Under the pieces are notes generated by a model. It was not told where the DNA came from and made no database searches. It saw only the letters and a list, made by a program, of their open reading frames with translations. Positions 13,011 through 25,700 of a stretch of DNA of 64,000 nucleotides are shown here, piece after piece; positions within the stretch are counted from its first letter, which is position 1, and each line of letters starts with the position of its first letter. The position numbers and the translations under genes were made by a program. Origin of the DNA: Eledone cirrhosa (Eukaryota); assembly GCA_964016885.1 (NCBI GenBank), contig OZ024744.1, positions 2,666,001 to 2,730,000 of the forward strand. Direction: 5' to 3'.

Positions 13011-14230
13011 TTGGTGAAGAACGAAGTTTTGGGGGAAGACAAGGTAGAGAAATATAGCTTGGTGAAGAACGAAGTTTTGAGGGAAGACAAGGTAGAGAAA
13101 GATAGCTTGGTGAAGAACGAAGTTTTGAGGGAAGTCAAGGTAGAGAAAGATAGCTTGGTGAAGAACGACGTTTTGAGGGAAGACAAGGTAGAGAAAGATA
13201 GCTTGGTGAAGAACGACGTTTTGGGGGAAGACAAGGTAGAGAAAGATAGCTTGGTGAAGAACAACGTTTTGGGGGAAGACAAGGTAGAGAAAGATAGCTT
13301 GGTGAAGAACGAAGTATTGAGGGAAGACTAGGTAGAGAAAGATAGTTGGTGAAGAACGAAGTTTTGAGGGAAGACAAGGTAGAGAAAGATAGCTTGGTGA
13401 AGAACGACGTTTTGAGGGAAGACAAGGTAGAGAAAGATAGCTTGGTGAAGAACGACGTTTTGGGGGAAGAAAGGTAGAGAAAGATAGCTTGGTGAAGAAC
13501 AACGTTTTGGGGGAAGACAAGGTAGATAAAGATAGCTTGGTGAAGAACGAAGTATTGAGGGAAGACTCGGTAGAGAAAGATAGCTTGGTGAAGAACGAAG
13601 TTTTGAGGGAAGACAAGGTAGAGAAAGATAGCTTGGTGAAGAACGAGGTTTTGAGGGAAGACAAGGTAGAGAAAGATAGCTTGGTGAAGAACGAAGTTTT
13701 GGGGGAAGACAAGGTAGAGAAAGATAGCTTGGTGAAGAACGAAGTTTTGAGGGAAGACAAGGTAGAGAAAGATAGCTTGGTGAAGAACGAAGTTTTGGGG
13801 GAAGACAAGGTAGAGAAATATAGCTTGGTGAAGAACGAAGTTTTGAGGGAAGACAAGGTAGAGAAAGATAGCTTGGTGAAGAACGAAGTTTTGAGGGAAG
13901 TCAAGGTAGAGAAAGATAGCTTGGTGAAGAACGACGTTTTGAGGGAAGACAAGGTAGAGAAAGATAGCTTGGTGAAGAACGACGTTTTGGGGGAAGACAA
14001 GGTAGAGAAAGATAGCTTGGTGAAGAACAACGTTTTGGGGGAAGACAAGGTAGAGAAAGATAGCTTGGTGAAGAACGAAGTATTGAGGGAAGACTAGGTA
14101 GAGAAAGATAGTTGGTGAAGAACGAAGTTTTGAGGGAAGACAAGGTAGAGAAAGATAGCTTGGTGAAGAACGACGTTTTGAGGGAAGACAAGGTAGAGAA
14201 AGATAGCTTGGTGAAGAACGACGTTTTGAG
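13011..14230 (+). repeat. 766-bp (16-monomer) partial tandem duplication
   Basis: The variant series AAATATAGC, GAAGTCAAG, AACAACG, GACTAGG+GATAGTTGG starts at 13011 and again at 13777. The in-frame TAG ends at 13331 and 14097. Confidence 0.75.
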
Positions 14231-17200
14231 GGAGGACAAGGTAGAGAAAGATAGCTTGGTGAAGAACGAAGTTTTGGGGAAGACAATGTAGAGAAAGATA
14301 GCTTGGTGAAGCACGAAGTTTTGGGGGAAGACAAGGTAGAGAAAGATAGCTTGGTGAAGAACTAAGTTTTGGGAGAAGACAAGGTAGAGAAAGATAGCTT
14401 GGTGAAGAACGAAGTTTTGAGGGAAGACAAGGTAGAGAAAGATAGCTTGGTGAAGAACGACGTTTTGAGGGAAGACAAGGTAGAGAAAGATAGCTTGGTG
14501 AAGAACGACGTTTTGTGGAAAGACAAGGTAGAGAAAGATAGCTTGGTGAAGAACGAAGTTTTGGGGGAAGACAAGGTAGAGAAAGATAGCTTGGTGAATA
14601 ACGAAGTTTTGGGAGAAGACAAGGTCGAGAAAGATAGCTTGGTGAAGAACGAAATTTTGAGGGAAGACAAGGTAGAGAAAGATAGCTTGGTGAAGAACGA
14701 CGTTTTGAGGGAAGACAAGATAGAGAAAGATAGCTTGGTGAAGAACGACGTTTTGTGGGAAGACAAGGTAGAGAAAGATAGCTTGGTGAAGAACGAAGTT
14801 TTGGGGGAAGACAAGTTAGAGAAAGATAGCTTGGTGAAGAACGAAGTTTTGGTGGAAGACAAGGTAGAGAAAGATAGCTTGGTGAAGAACGATGTTTTGG
14901 GGAAGACAATGTAGAGAAAGATAGCTTGGTGAAGAACGAAGTTTTGGGGGAAGACAAGGTAGAGAAAGATAGCTTGGTGAAGAACGAAGTTTTGAGGGAA
15001 GACAAGGTAGAGAAAGATAGCTTGGTGAATAACGAAGTTTTGGGAGAAGACAAGGTAGAGAAAGATAGTTGGTGAAGAACGAAGTTTTGAGGGAAGACAA
15101 GGTAGAGAAAGATAGATTGGTGAAGAACGACGTTTTGAGGGAAGACAAGGTAGAGAAAGATAGCTTGGTGAAGAACGACGTTTTGTGGGAAGACAAGGTA
15201 GAGAAAGATAGCTTGGTGAAGAACGAAGTCTTGGGGGAAGACAAGGTAGAGAAAGATAGCTTGGTGAAGAATGAAGTTTTGAGGGAAGACAAGGTAGAGA
15301 AAGATAGCTTGGTGAATAACGAAGTTTTGGGAGAAGACAAGGTAGAGAAAGATAGCTTGGTGAAGAACGACGTTTTGAGGGAAGACAAGGTAGAGAAGGA
15401 TAGCTTGGTGAAGAACGAAGTTTTGGGGAAGACAATGTAGAGAAAGATAGCTTGGTGAAGAACGAAGTTTTGGGGGAAGACAAGGTAGAGAAAGATAGCT
15501 TGGTGAAGAACGAAGTTTTGAGGGAAGACAAGGTAGAGAAAAATAGCTTGGTGAAGAACGACATTTTGTGGGAAGACAAGGTAGAGAAAAATAGCTTGGT
15601 GAATAACGAAGTTTTGGGAGAAGACAAGGTGGAGAAAGATAGCTTGGTGAAGAACGAAGTTTTGAGGGAAGACAAGGTAGAGAAAGATAGCTTGGTGAAG
15701 AACGACGTTTTGTGGAAAGACAAGGTAGAGAAAGATAGCTTGGTGAAGAACGAAGTTTTGTGGGAAGACAAGGTAGAGAAAGATAGCTTGGTAAAGAACG
15801 AAGTTTTGGGGAAGACAATGTAGAGAAAGATAGCTTGGTGAAGAACGAAGTTTTGGGGGAAGACAAGGTAGAGAAAGATAGCTTGGTGAATAAGGAAATT
15901 TTGGGAGAAGACAAGGTCGAGAAAGATAGCTTGGTGAAGAACGAAATTTTGAGGGAAGACAATGTAGAGAAAGATAGCTTGGTGAAGAACGAAGGTTTGG
16001 GGGAGGACAAGGTAGAGAAAGATAGCTTGGTGAAGAACGAAGTTTTGGGGGAAGACAAGGTAGAGAAAGATAGCTTGGTGAAGAACGGAGTTTTGGGGGA
16101 AGACAAGGTAGAGAAAGATAGCTTGGTGAAGAACGAAGTTTTGGGGGAAGACAAGGTAGAGAAAGATAGCTTGGTGAAGAACGAAGTTTTGTGGAAGACA
16201 ATGTAGAGAAAGATAGCTTGGTGAAGAACGAAGTTTTGGGGAAGACAAGGTAGAGAAAGATAGCTTGGTGAATAACGAAGTATTGAGGGAAGACTAGGTA
16301 GAGAAAGATAGTTGGTGAAGAACGAAGTTTTGAGGGAAGACAAGGTAGAGAAAGATAGCTTGGTGAAGAACGACGTTTTGAGGGAAGACAAGGTAGAGAA
16401 AGATAGCTTGGTGAAGAACGACGTTTTGAGGGAGGACAAGGTAGAGAAAGATAGCTTGGTGAAGAACGAAGTTTTGGGGAAGACAATGTAGAGAAAGATA
16501 GCTTGGTGAAGCACGAAGTTTTGGGGGAAGACAAGGTAGAGAAAGATAGCTTGGTGAAGAACTAAGTTTTGGGAGAAGACAAGGTAGAGAAAGATAGCTT
16601 GGTGAAGAACGAAGTTTTGAGGGAAGACAAGGTAGAGAAAGATAGCTTGGTGAAGAACGACGTTTTGAGGGAAGACAAGGTAGAGAAAGATAGCTTGGTG
16701 AAGAACGACGTTTTGTGGAAAGACAAGGTAGAGAAAGATAGCTTGGTGAAGAACGAAGTTTTGGGGGAAGACAAGGTAGAGAAAGATAGCTTGGTGAATA
16801 ACGAAGTTTTGGGAGAAGACAAGGTCGAGAAAGATAGCTTGGTGAAGAACGAAATTTTGAGGGAAGACAAGGTAGAGAAAGATAGCTTGGTGAAGAACGA
16901 CGTTTTGAGGGAAGACAAGATAGAGAAAGATAGCTTGGTGAAGAACGACGTTTTGTGGGAAGACAAGGTAGAGAAAGATAGCTTGGTGAAGAACGAAGTT
17001 TTGGGGGAAGACAAGTTAGAGAAAGATAGCTTGGTGAAGAACGAAGTTTTGGTGGAAGACAAGGTAGAGAAAGATAGCTTGGTGAAGAACGATGTTTTGG
17101 GGAAGACAATGTAGAGAAAGATAGCTTGGTGAAGAACGAAGTTTTGGGGGAAGACAAGGTAGAGAAAGATAGCTTGGTGAAGAACGAAGTTTTGAGGGAA

Positions 17201-18481
17201 GACAAGGTAGAGAAAGATAGCTTGGTGAATAACGAAGTTTTGGGAGAAGACAAGGTAGAGAAAGATAGTTGGTGAAGAACGAAGTTTTGAGGGAAGACAA
17301 GGTAGAGAAAGATAGATTGGTGAAGAACGACGTTTTGAGGGAAGACAAGGTAGAGAAAGATAGCTTGGTGAAGAACGACGTTTTGTGGGAAGACAAGGTA
17401 GAGAAAGATAGCTTGGTGAAGAACGAAGTCTTGGGGGAAGACAAGGTAGAGAAAGATAGCTTGGTGAAGAATGAAGTTTTGAGGGAAGACAAGGTAGAGA
17501 AAGATAGCTTGGTGAATAACGAAGTTTTGGGAGAAGACAAGGTAGAGAAAGATAGCTTGGTGAAGAACGACGTTTTGAGGGAAGACAAGGTAGAGAAGGA
17601 TAGCTTGGTGAAGAACGAAGTTTTGGGGAAGACAATGTAGAGAAATATAGCTTGGTGAAGAACGAAGTTTTGGTGGAAGACAAGGTAGAGAAAGATAGCT
17701 TGGTGAAGAACGAAGTTTTGAGGGAAGACAAGGTAGAGAAAAATAGCTTGGTGAAGAACGACATTTTGTGGGAAGACAAGGTAGAGAAAGATAGCTTGGT
17801 GAATAACGAAGTTTTGGGAGAAGACAAGGTGGAGAAAGATAGCTTGGTGAAGAACGAAGTTTTGAGGGAAGACAAGGTAGAGAAAGATAGCTTGGTGAAG
17901 AACGACGTTTTGTGGAAAGACAAGGTAGAGAAAGATAGCTTGGTGAAGAACGAAGTTTTGTGGGAAGACAAGGTAGAGAAAGATAGCTTGGTAAAGAACG
18001 AAGTTTTGGGGAAGACAATGTAGAGAAAGATAGCTTGGTGAAGAACGAAGTTTTGGGGGAAGACAAGGTAGAGAAAGATAGCTTGGTGAATAACGAAATT
18101 TTGGGAGAAGACAAGGTCGAGAAAGATAGCTTGGTGAAGAACGAAATTTTGAGGGAAGACAATGTAGAGAAAGATAGCTTGGTGAAGAACGAAGTTTTGG
18201 GGGAGGACAAGGTAGAGAAAGATAGCTTGGTGAAGAACGAAGTTTTGGGGGAAGACAAGGTAGAGAAAGATAGCTTGGTGAAGAACGGAGTTTTGGGGGA
18301 AGACAAGGTAGAGAAAGATAGCTTGGTGAAGAACGAAGTTTTGGGGGAAGACAAGGTAGAGAAAGATAGCTTGGTGAAGAACGAAGTTTTGTGGAAGACA
18401 ATGTAGAGAAAGATAGCTTGGTGAAGAACGAAGTTTTGGGGAAGACAAGGTAGAGAAAGATAGCTTGGTGAATAACGAAGT
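14074..18481 (+). repeat. 2200-bp (46-monomer) tandem duplication, 2 copies
   Basis: Blocks 14369/16569, 15069/17269, 15452/17652 and 15835/18035 match. Private variants GAAGCACG, GTGGAAAGAC, GAAGTCTTGG and GAGAAGGATA occur in both. A chimeric junction monomer sits at 16265. Confidence 0.9.
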
Positions 18482-21400
18482 TTTGGGAGAAGACAAGGTA
18501 GAGAAAGATAGCTTGGTGAAGAACGAAGTTTTGAGGGAAGACAAGGTAGAGAAAGATAGCTTGGTGAAGAACGACATTTTGAGGGAAGACAAGGTAGAGA
18601 AAGATAGCTTGGTGAAGAACGACGTTTTGGGGGAAGACAAGGTAGAGAAAGATAGCTTGGTGAAGAACGAAGATTTGGGGGAAGACAAGGTAGAGAAAGA
18701 TAGCTTGGTGAAGAACGAAGTTTTGGGGGAAGACAAGGTAGAGAAAGATAGCTTGGTGAAGAACGAAGTTTTGGGGGAAGACAAGGTAGAGAAAGATAGC
18801 TTGGTGAAGAACGAAGTGTTGGGGAAGACAATGTAGAGAAAGATAGCTTGGTGAAGAACGAAGTTTTGGGGGAAGACAAGGTAGAGAAAGATAGCTTGGT
18901 GAAGAACGAAGTTTTGAGGGAAGACAAGGTAGAGAAAGATAGCTTGGTGAATAACAAAGTTTTGGGAGAAGACAAGGTCGAGAAAGATAGCTTGGTAAAG
19001 AACGAAGTTTTGAGGGTAGACAAGGTAGAGAAAGATAGCTTGGTGAAGAACGAAGTTTTGGGGGAAGACAAGGTAGAGAATAATAGTTTGGTGAAGAACG
19101 AAGTTTTGGGGGAAGACAAGGTAGAGAAAGATAGCTTGGTGAAGAACGACGTTTTGAGGGAAGACAAGGTAGAGAAAGATAGCTTGGTGAAGAACGAAGT
19201 TTTGGGGAAGACAATGTAGAGAAAGATAGCTTGGTGAAGAACGAAGTTTTGGGGGAAGACAAGGTAGAGAAAGATAGCTTGGTGAAGAACTAAGTTTTGG
19301 GAGAAAACAAGGTAGAGAAAGATAGCTTGGTGAAGAACGAAGTTTTGAGGGAAGACAAGGTAGAGAAAGATAGCTTGGTGAAGAACGAAGTTTTGAGGGA
19401 AGACAAGGTAGAGAAAGATAGCTTGGTGAATAACGAAGTTTTGGGAGAAGACAAGGTAGAGAAAGATAGTTGGTGAAGAACGAAGTTTTGAGGGAAGACA
19501 AGGTAGAGAAAGATAGATTGGTGAAGAACGACGTTTTGAGGGAAGACAAGGTAGAGAAAGATAGCTTGGTGAAGAACGACGTTTTGTGGGAAGACAAGGC
19601 AGAGAAAGATAGCTTGGTGAAGAACGAAGTCTTGGGGGAAGACAAGGTAGAGAAAGATAGCTTGGTGAAGAATGAAGTTTTGAGGGAAGACAAGGTAGAG
19701 AAAGATAGCTTGGTGAATAACGAAGTTTTGGGAGAAGACAAGGTAGAGAAAGATAGCTTGGTGAAGAACGACGTTTTGAGGGAAGACAAGGTAGAGAAGG
19801 ATAGCTTGGTGAAGAACGAAGTTTTGGGGAAGACAATGTAGAGAAAGATAGCTTGGTGAAGAACGAAGTTTTGGTGGAAGACAAGGTAGAGAAAGATAGC
19901 TTGGTGAAGAACGAAGTTTTGAGGGAAGACAAGGTAGAGAAAAATAGCTTGGTGAAGAACGACATTTTGTGGGAAGACAAGGTAGAGAAAGATAGCTTGG
20001 TGAATAACGAAGTTTTGGGAGAAGACAAGGTGGAGAAAGATAGCTTGGTGAAGAACGAAGTTTTGAGGGAAGACAAGGTAGAGAAAGATAGCTTGGTGAA
20101 GAACGACGTTTTGTGGAAAGACAAGGTAGAGAAAGATAGCTTGGTGAAGAACGAAGTTTTGTGGGAAGACAAGGTAGAGAAAGATAGCTTGGTAAAGAAC
20201 GAAGTTTTGGGGAAGACAATGTAGAGAAAGATAGCTTGGTGAAGAACGAAGTTTTGGGGGAAGACAAGGTAGAGAAAGATAGCTTGGTGAATAACGAAAT
20301 TTTGGGAGAAGACAAGGTCGAGAAAGATAGCTTGGTGAAGAACGAAATTTTGAGGGAAGACAATGTAGAGAAAGATAGCTTGGTGAAGAACGAAGTTTTG
20401 GGGGAGGACAAGGTAGAGAAAGATAGCTTGGTGAAGAACGAAGTTTTGGGGGAAGACAAGGTAGAGAAAGATAGCTTGGTGAAGAACGGAGTTTTGGGGG
20501 AAGACAAGGTAGAGAAAGATAGCTTGGTGAAGAACGAAGTTTTGGGGGAAGACAAGGTAGAGAAAGATAGCTTGGTGAAGAACGAAGTTTTGTGGAAGAC
20601 AATGTAGAGAAAGATAGCTTGGTGAAGAACGAAGTTTTGGGGAAGACAAGGTAGAGAAAGATAGCTTGGTGAATAACGAAGTTTTGGGAGAAGACAAGGT
20701 AGAGAAAGATAGCTTGGTGAAGAACGAAGTTTTGAGGGAAGACAAGGTAGAGAAAGATAGCTTGGTGAAGAACGACATTTTGAGGGAAGACAAGGTAGAG
20801 AAAGATAGCTTGGTGAAGAACGACGTTTTGGGGGAAGACAAGGTAGAGAAAGATAGCTTGGTGAAGAACGAAGATTTGGGGGAAGACAAGGTAGAGAAAG
20901 ATAGCTTGGTGAAGAACGAAGTTTTGGGGGAAGACAAGGTAGAGAAAGATAGCTTGGTGAAGAACGAAGTTTTGGGGGAAGACAAGGTAGAGAAAGATAG
21001 CTTGGTGAAGAACGAAGTGTTGGGGAAGACAATGTAGAGAAAGATAGCTTGGTGAAGAACGAAGTTTTGGGGGAAGACAAGGTAGAGAAAGATAGCTTGG
21101 TGAAGAAGGAAGTTTTGAGGGAAGACAAGGTAGAGAAAGATAGCTTGGTGAATAACAAAGTTTTGGGAGAAGACAAGGTCGAGAAAGATAGCTTGGTAAA
21201 GAACGAAGTTTTGAGGGTAGACAAGGTAGAGAAAGATAGCTTGGTGAAGAACGAAGTTTTGGGGGAAGACAAGGTAGAGAATAATAGTTTGGTGAAGAAC
21301 GAAGTTTTGGGGGAAGAAAAGGTAGAGAAAGATAGCTTGGTGAAGAACGACGTTTTGAGGGAAGACAAGGTAGAGAAAGATAGCTTGGTGAAGAACGAAG

Positions 21401-21590
21401 TTTTGGGGAAGACAATGTAGAGAAAGATAGCTTGGTGAAGAACGAAGTTTTGGGGGAAGACAAGGTAGAGAAAGATAGCTTGGTGAAGAACTAAGTTTTG
21501 GGAGAAAACAAGGTAGAGAAAGATAGCTTGGTGAAGAACGAAGTTTTGAGGGAAGACAAGGTAGAGAAAGATAGCTTGGTGAAGAACGAC
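17150..21590 (+). repeat. 2201-bp (46-monomer) tandem duplication, 2 copies, overlapping the 2200-bp duplication in a different register
   Basis: Blocks 17269/19470, 17652/19853, 18035/20236, 18465/20666 and 18848/21049 match, and the TAA marker occurs at 19290 and 21491. Confidence 0.9.
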
Positions 21591-22722
21591 GTTTTGAGGG
21601 AAGACAAGGTAGAGAAAGATAGCTTGGTGAAGAACGACGTTTTGTGGGAAGACAAGGTAGAGAAAGATAGCTTGGTGAAGAACGAAATGTTGGGGGAAGA
21701 CAAGGTAGAGAAAGATAGCTTGGTGAATAACGAAGTTTTGGGAGAAGACAAGGTCGAGAAAGATAGCTTGGTGAAGAACGAAATTTTGAGGGAAGACAAG
21801 GTAGAGAAAGATAGCTTGGTGAAGAACGACGTTTTGAGGGAAGACAAGTTAGAGAAAGATAGCTTGGTGAAGAACGAAGTTTTGGTGGAAGACAAGGTAG
21901 AGAAAGATAGCTTGGTGAAGAACGATGTTTTGGGGAAGACAATGTAGAGAAAGATAGCTTGGTGAATAACGAAGTTTTGGGAGAAGACAAGGTAGAGAAA
22001 GATAGTTGGTGAAGAACGAAGTTTTGAGGGAAGACAAGGTAGAGAAAGATAGATTGGTGAAGAACGACGTTTTGAGGGAAGACAAGGTAGAGAAAGATAG
22101 CTTGGTGAAGAACGACGTTTTGTGGGAAGACAAGGTAGAGAAAGATAGCTTGGTGAAGAACGAAGTTTTGGGGGAAGACAAGGTAGAGAAAGATAGCTTG
22201 GTGAAGAACGAAGTTTTGGGGGAAGACAAGGTAGAGAAAGATAGCTTGGTGAAGAACGAAGTTTTGTGGAAGACAATGTAGAGAAAGATAGCTTGGTGAA
22301 GAACGAAGTTTTGGGGAAGACAAGGTAGAGAAAGATAGCTTGGTGAATAACGAAGTTTTGGGAGAAGACAAGGTAGAGAAAGATAGCTTGGTGAAGAACG
22401 AAGTTTTGGGGGAAGACAAGGTAGAGAAAGATAGCTTGGTGAAGAACGAAGTTTTGAGGGAAGACAAGGTAGAGAAAGATAGCTTGGTGAATAACGAAGT
22501 TTTGGGAGAAGACAAGGTAGAGAAAGATAGTTGGTGAAGAACGAAGTTTTGAGGGAAGACAAGGTAGAGAAAGATAGATTGGTGAAGAACGAAGTTTTGA
22601 GGGAAGACAAGGTAGAGAAAGATAGCTTGGTGAAGAACGACATTTTGAGGGAAGACAAGGTAGAGAAAGATAGCTTGGTGAAGAACGACGTTTTGTGGGA
22701 AGACAAGGTATAGAAAGATAGC

Positions 22723-25700
22723 TTGGTGAAGAACGAAGTTTTGGGGGAAGACAAGGTAGAGAAAGATAGCTTGGTGAAGAACGAAGTTTTGGGGGAAGAC
22801 AAGGTAGAGAAAGATAGCTTGGTGAAGAACGACGTTTTGTGGGAAGACAAGGTAGAGAAAGATAGCTTGGTGAAGAACGAAGTTTTGGGGGAAGACAAGT
22901 TAGAGAAAGATAGCTTGGTGAAGAACGAAGTTTTGGTGGAAGACAAGGTAGAGAAAGATAGCTTGGTGAAGAACGATGTTTTGGGGAAGACAATGTAGAG
23001 AAAGATAGCTTGGTGAAGAACGAAGTTTTGGGGGAAGACAAGGTAGAGAAAGATACCTTGGTGAAGAACGAAGTTTTGAGGGAAGACAAGGTAGAGAAAG
23101 ATAGCTTGGTGAATAACGAAGTTTTGGGAGAAGACAAGGTAGATAAAGATAGTTGGTGAAGAACGAAGTTTTGAGGGAAGACAAGGTAGAGAAAGATAGA
23201 TTGGTGAAGAACGACGTTTTGAGGGAAGACAAGGTAGAGAAAGATAGCTTGGTGAAGAACGACGTTTTGTGGGAAGACAAGGTAGAGAAAGATAGCTTGG
23301 TGAAGAACGAAGTTTTGGGGGAAGACAAGGTAGAGAAAGATAGCTTGGTGAAGAACGAAGTTTTGGGGGAAGACAAGGTAGAGAAAGATAGCTTGGTGAA
23401 GAACGAAGTTTTGGGGGAAGACAAGGTAGAGAAAGATAGCTTGGTGAAGAACGAAGTTTTGTGGAAGACAATGTAGAGAAAGATAGCTTGGTGAAGAACG
23501 AAGTTTTGGGGAAGACAAGGTAGAGAAAGATAGCTTGGTGAATAACGAAGTTTTGGGAGAAGACAAGGTAGAGAAAGATAGCTTGGTGAAGAACGAAGTT
23601 TTGAGGGAAGACAAGGTAGAGAAAGATAGCTTGGTGAAGAACGACATTTTGAGGGAAGACAAGGTAGAGAAAGATAGCTTGGTGAAGAACGACGTTTTGT
23701 GGGAAGACAAGGTAGAGAAAGATAGCTTGGTGAAGAACGAAGTTTTGGGGGAAGACAAGGTAGAGAAAGATAGCTTGGTGAAGAACGAAGTTTTGGGGGA
23801 AGACAAGGTAGAGAAAGATAGCTTGGTGAAGAACGAAGTTTTGGGGGAAGACAAGGTAGAGAAAGATAGCTTGGTGAAGAACGAAGTGTTGGGGAAGACA
23901 ATGTAGAGAAAGATAGCTTGGTGAAGAACGAAGTTTTGGGGGAAGACAAGGTAGAGAAAGATAGCTTGGTGAAGAACGAAGTTTTGAGGGAAGACAAGGT
24001 AGAGAAAGATAGCTTGGTGAATAACAAAGTTTTGGGAGAAGACAAGGTCGAGAAAGATAGCTTGGTGAAGAACGAAGTTTTGAGGGTAGACAAGGTAGAG
24101 AAAGATAGCTTGGTGAAGAACGACGTTTTGAGGGAAGACAAGATAGAGAAAGATAGCTTGGTGAAGAACGACGTTTTGTGGGAAGACAAGGTAGAGAAAG
24201 ATAGCTTGGTGAAGAACGAAGTTTTGTGGGAAGACAAGGTAGAGAAAGATAGCTTGGTGAAGAACGAAGTTTTGGGGGAAGACAAGGTAGAGAATAATAG
24301 TTTGGTGAAGAACGAAGTTTTGGGGGAAGACAAGGTAGAGAAAGATAGCTTGGTGAAGAACGACGTTTTGAGGGAAGACAAGGTAGAGAAAGATAGCTTG
24401 GTGAAGAACGAAGTTTGGGGAAGACAATGTAGAGAAAGATAGCTTGGTGAAGAACGAAGTTTTGGGGGAAGACAAGGTAGAGAAAGATAGCTTGGTGAAG
24501 AACGAAGTTTTGGGGGAAGACAAGGTAGAGAAAGATAGCTTGGTGAAGAACGACGTTTTGTGGGAAGACAAGGTAGAGAAAGATAGCTTGGTGAAGAACG
24601 AAGTTTTGGGGGAAGACAAGTTAGAGAAAGATAGCTTGGTGAAGAACGAAGTTTTGGTGGAAGACAAGGTAGAGAAAGATAGCTTGGTGAAGAACGATGT
24701 TTTGGGGAAGACAATGTAGAGAAAGATAGCTTGGTGAAGAACGAAGTTTTGGGGGAAGACAAGGTAGAGAAAGATACCTTGGTGAAGAACGAAGTTTTGA
24801 GGGAAGACAAGGTAGAGAAAGATAGCTTGGTGAATAACGAAGTTTTGGGAGAAGACAAGGTAGATAAAGATAGTTGGTGAAGAACGAAGTTTTGAGGGAA
24901 GACAAGGTAGAGAAAGATAGATTGGTGAAGAACGACGTTTTGAGGGAAGACAAGGTAGAGAAAGATAGCTTGGTGAAGAACGACGTTTTGTGGGAAGACA
25001 AGGTAGAGAAAGATAGCTTGGTGAAGAACGAAGTTTTGGGGGAAGACAAGGTAGAGAAAGATAGCTTGGTGAAGAACGAAGTTTTGGGGGAAGACAAGGT
25101 AGAGAAAGATAGCTTGGTGAAGAACGAAGTTTTGGGGGAAGACAAGGTAGAGAAAGATAGCTTGGTGAAGAACGAAGTTTTGTGGAAGACAATGTAGAGA
25201 AAGATAGCTTGGTGAAGAACGAAGTTTTGGGGAAGACAAGGTAGAGAAAGATAGCTTGGTGAATAACGAAGTTTTGGGAGAAGACAAGGTAGAGAAAGAT
25301 AGCTTGGTGAAGAACGAAGTTTTGAGGGAAGACAAGGTAGAGAAAGATAGCTTGGTGAAGAACGACATTTTGAGGGAAGACAAGGTAGAGAAAGATAGCT
25401 TGGTGAAGAACGACGTTTTGTGGGAAGACAAGGTAGAGAAAGATAGCTTGGTGAAGAACGAAGTTTTGGGGGAAGACAAGGTAGAGAAAGATAGCTTGGT
25501 GAAGAACGAAGTTTTGGGGGAAGACAAGGTAGAGAAAGATAGCTTGGTGAAGAACGAAGTTTTGGGGGAAGACAAGGTAGAGAAAGATAGCTTGGTGAAG
25601 AACGAAGTGTTGGGGAAGACAATGTAGAGAAAGATAGCTTGGTGAAGAACGAAGTTTTGGGGGAAGACAAGGTAGAGAAAGATAGCTTGGTGAAGAACGA

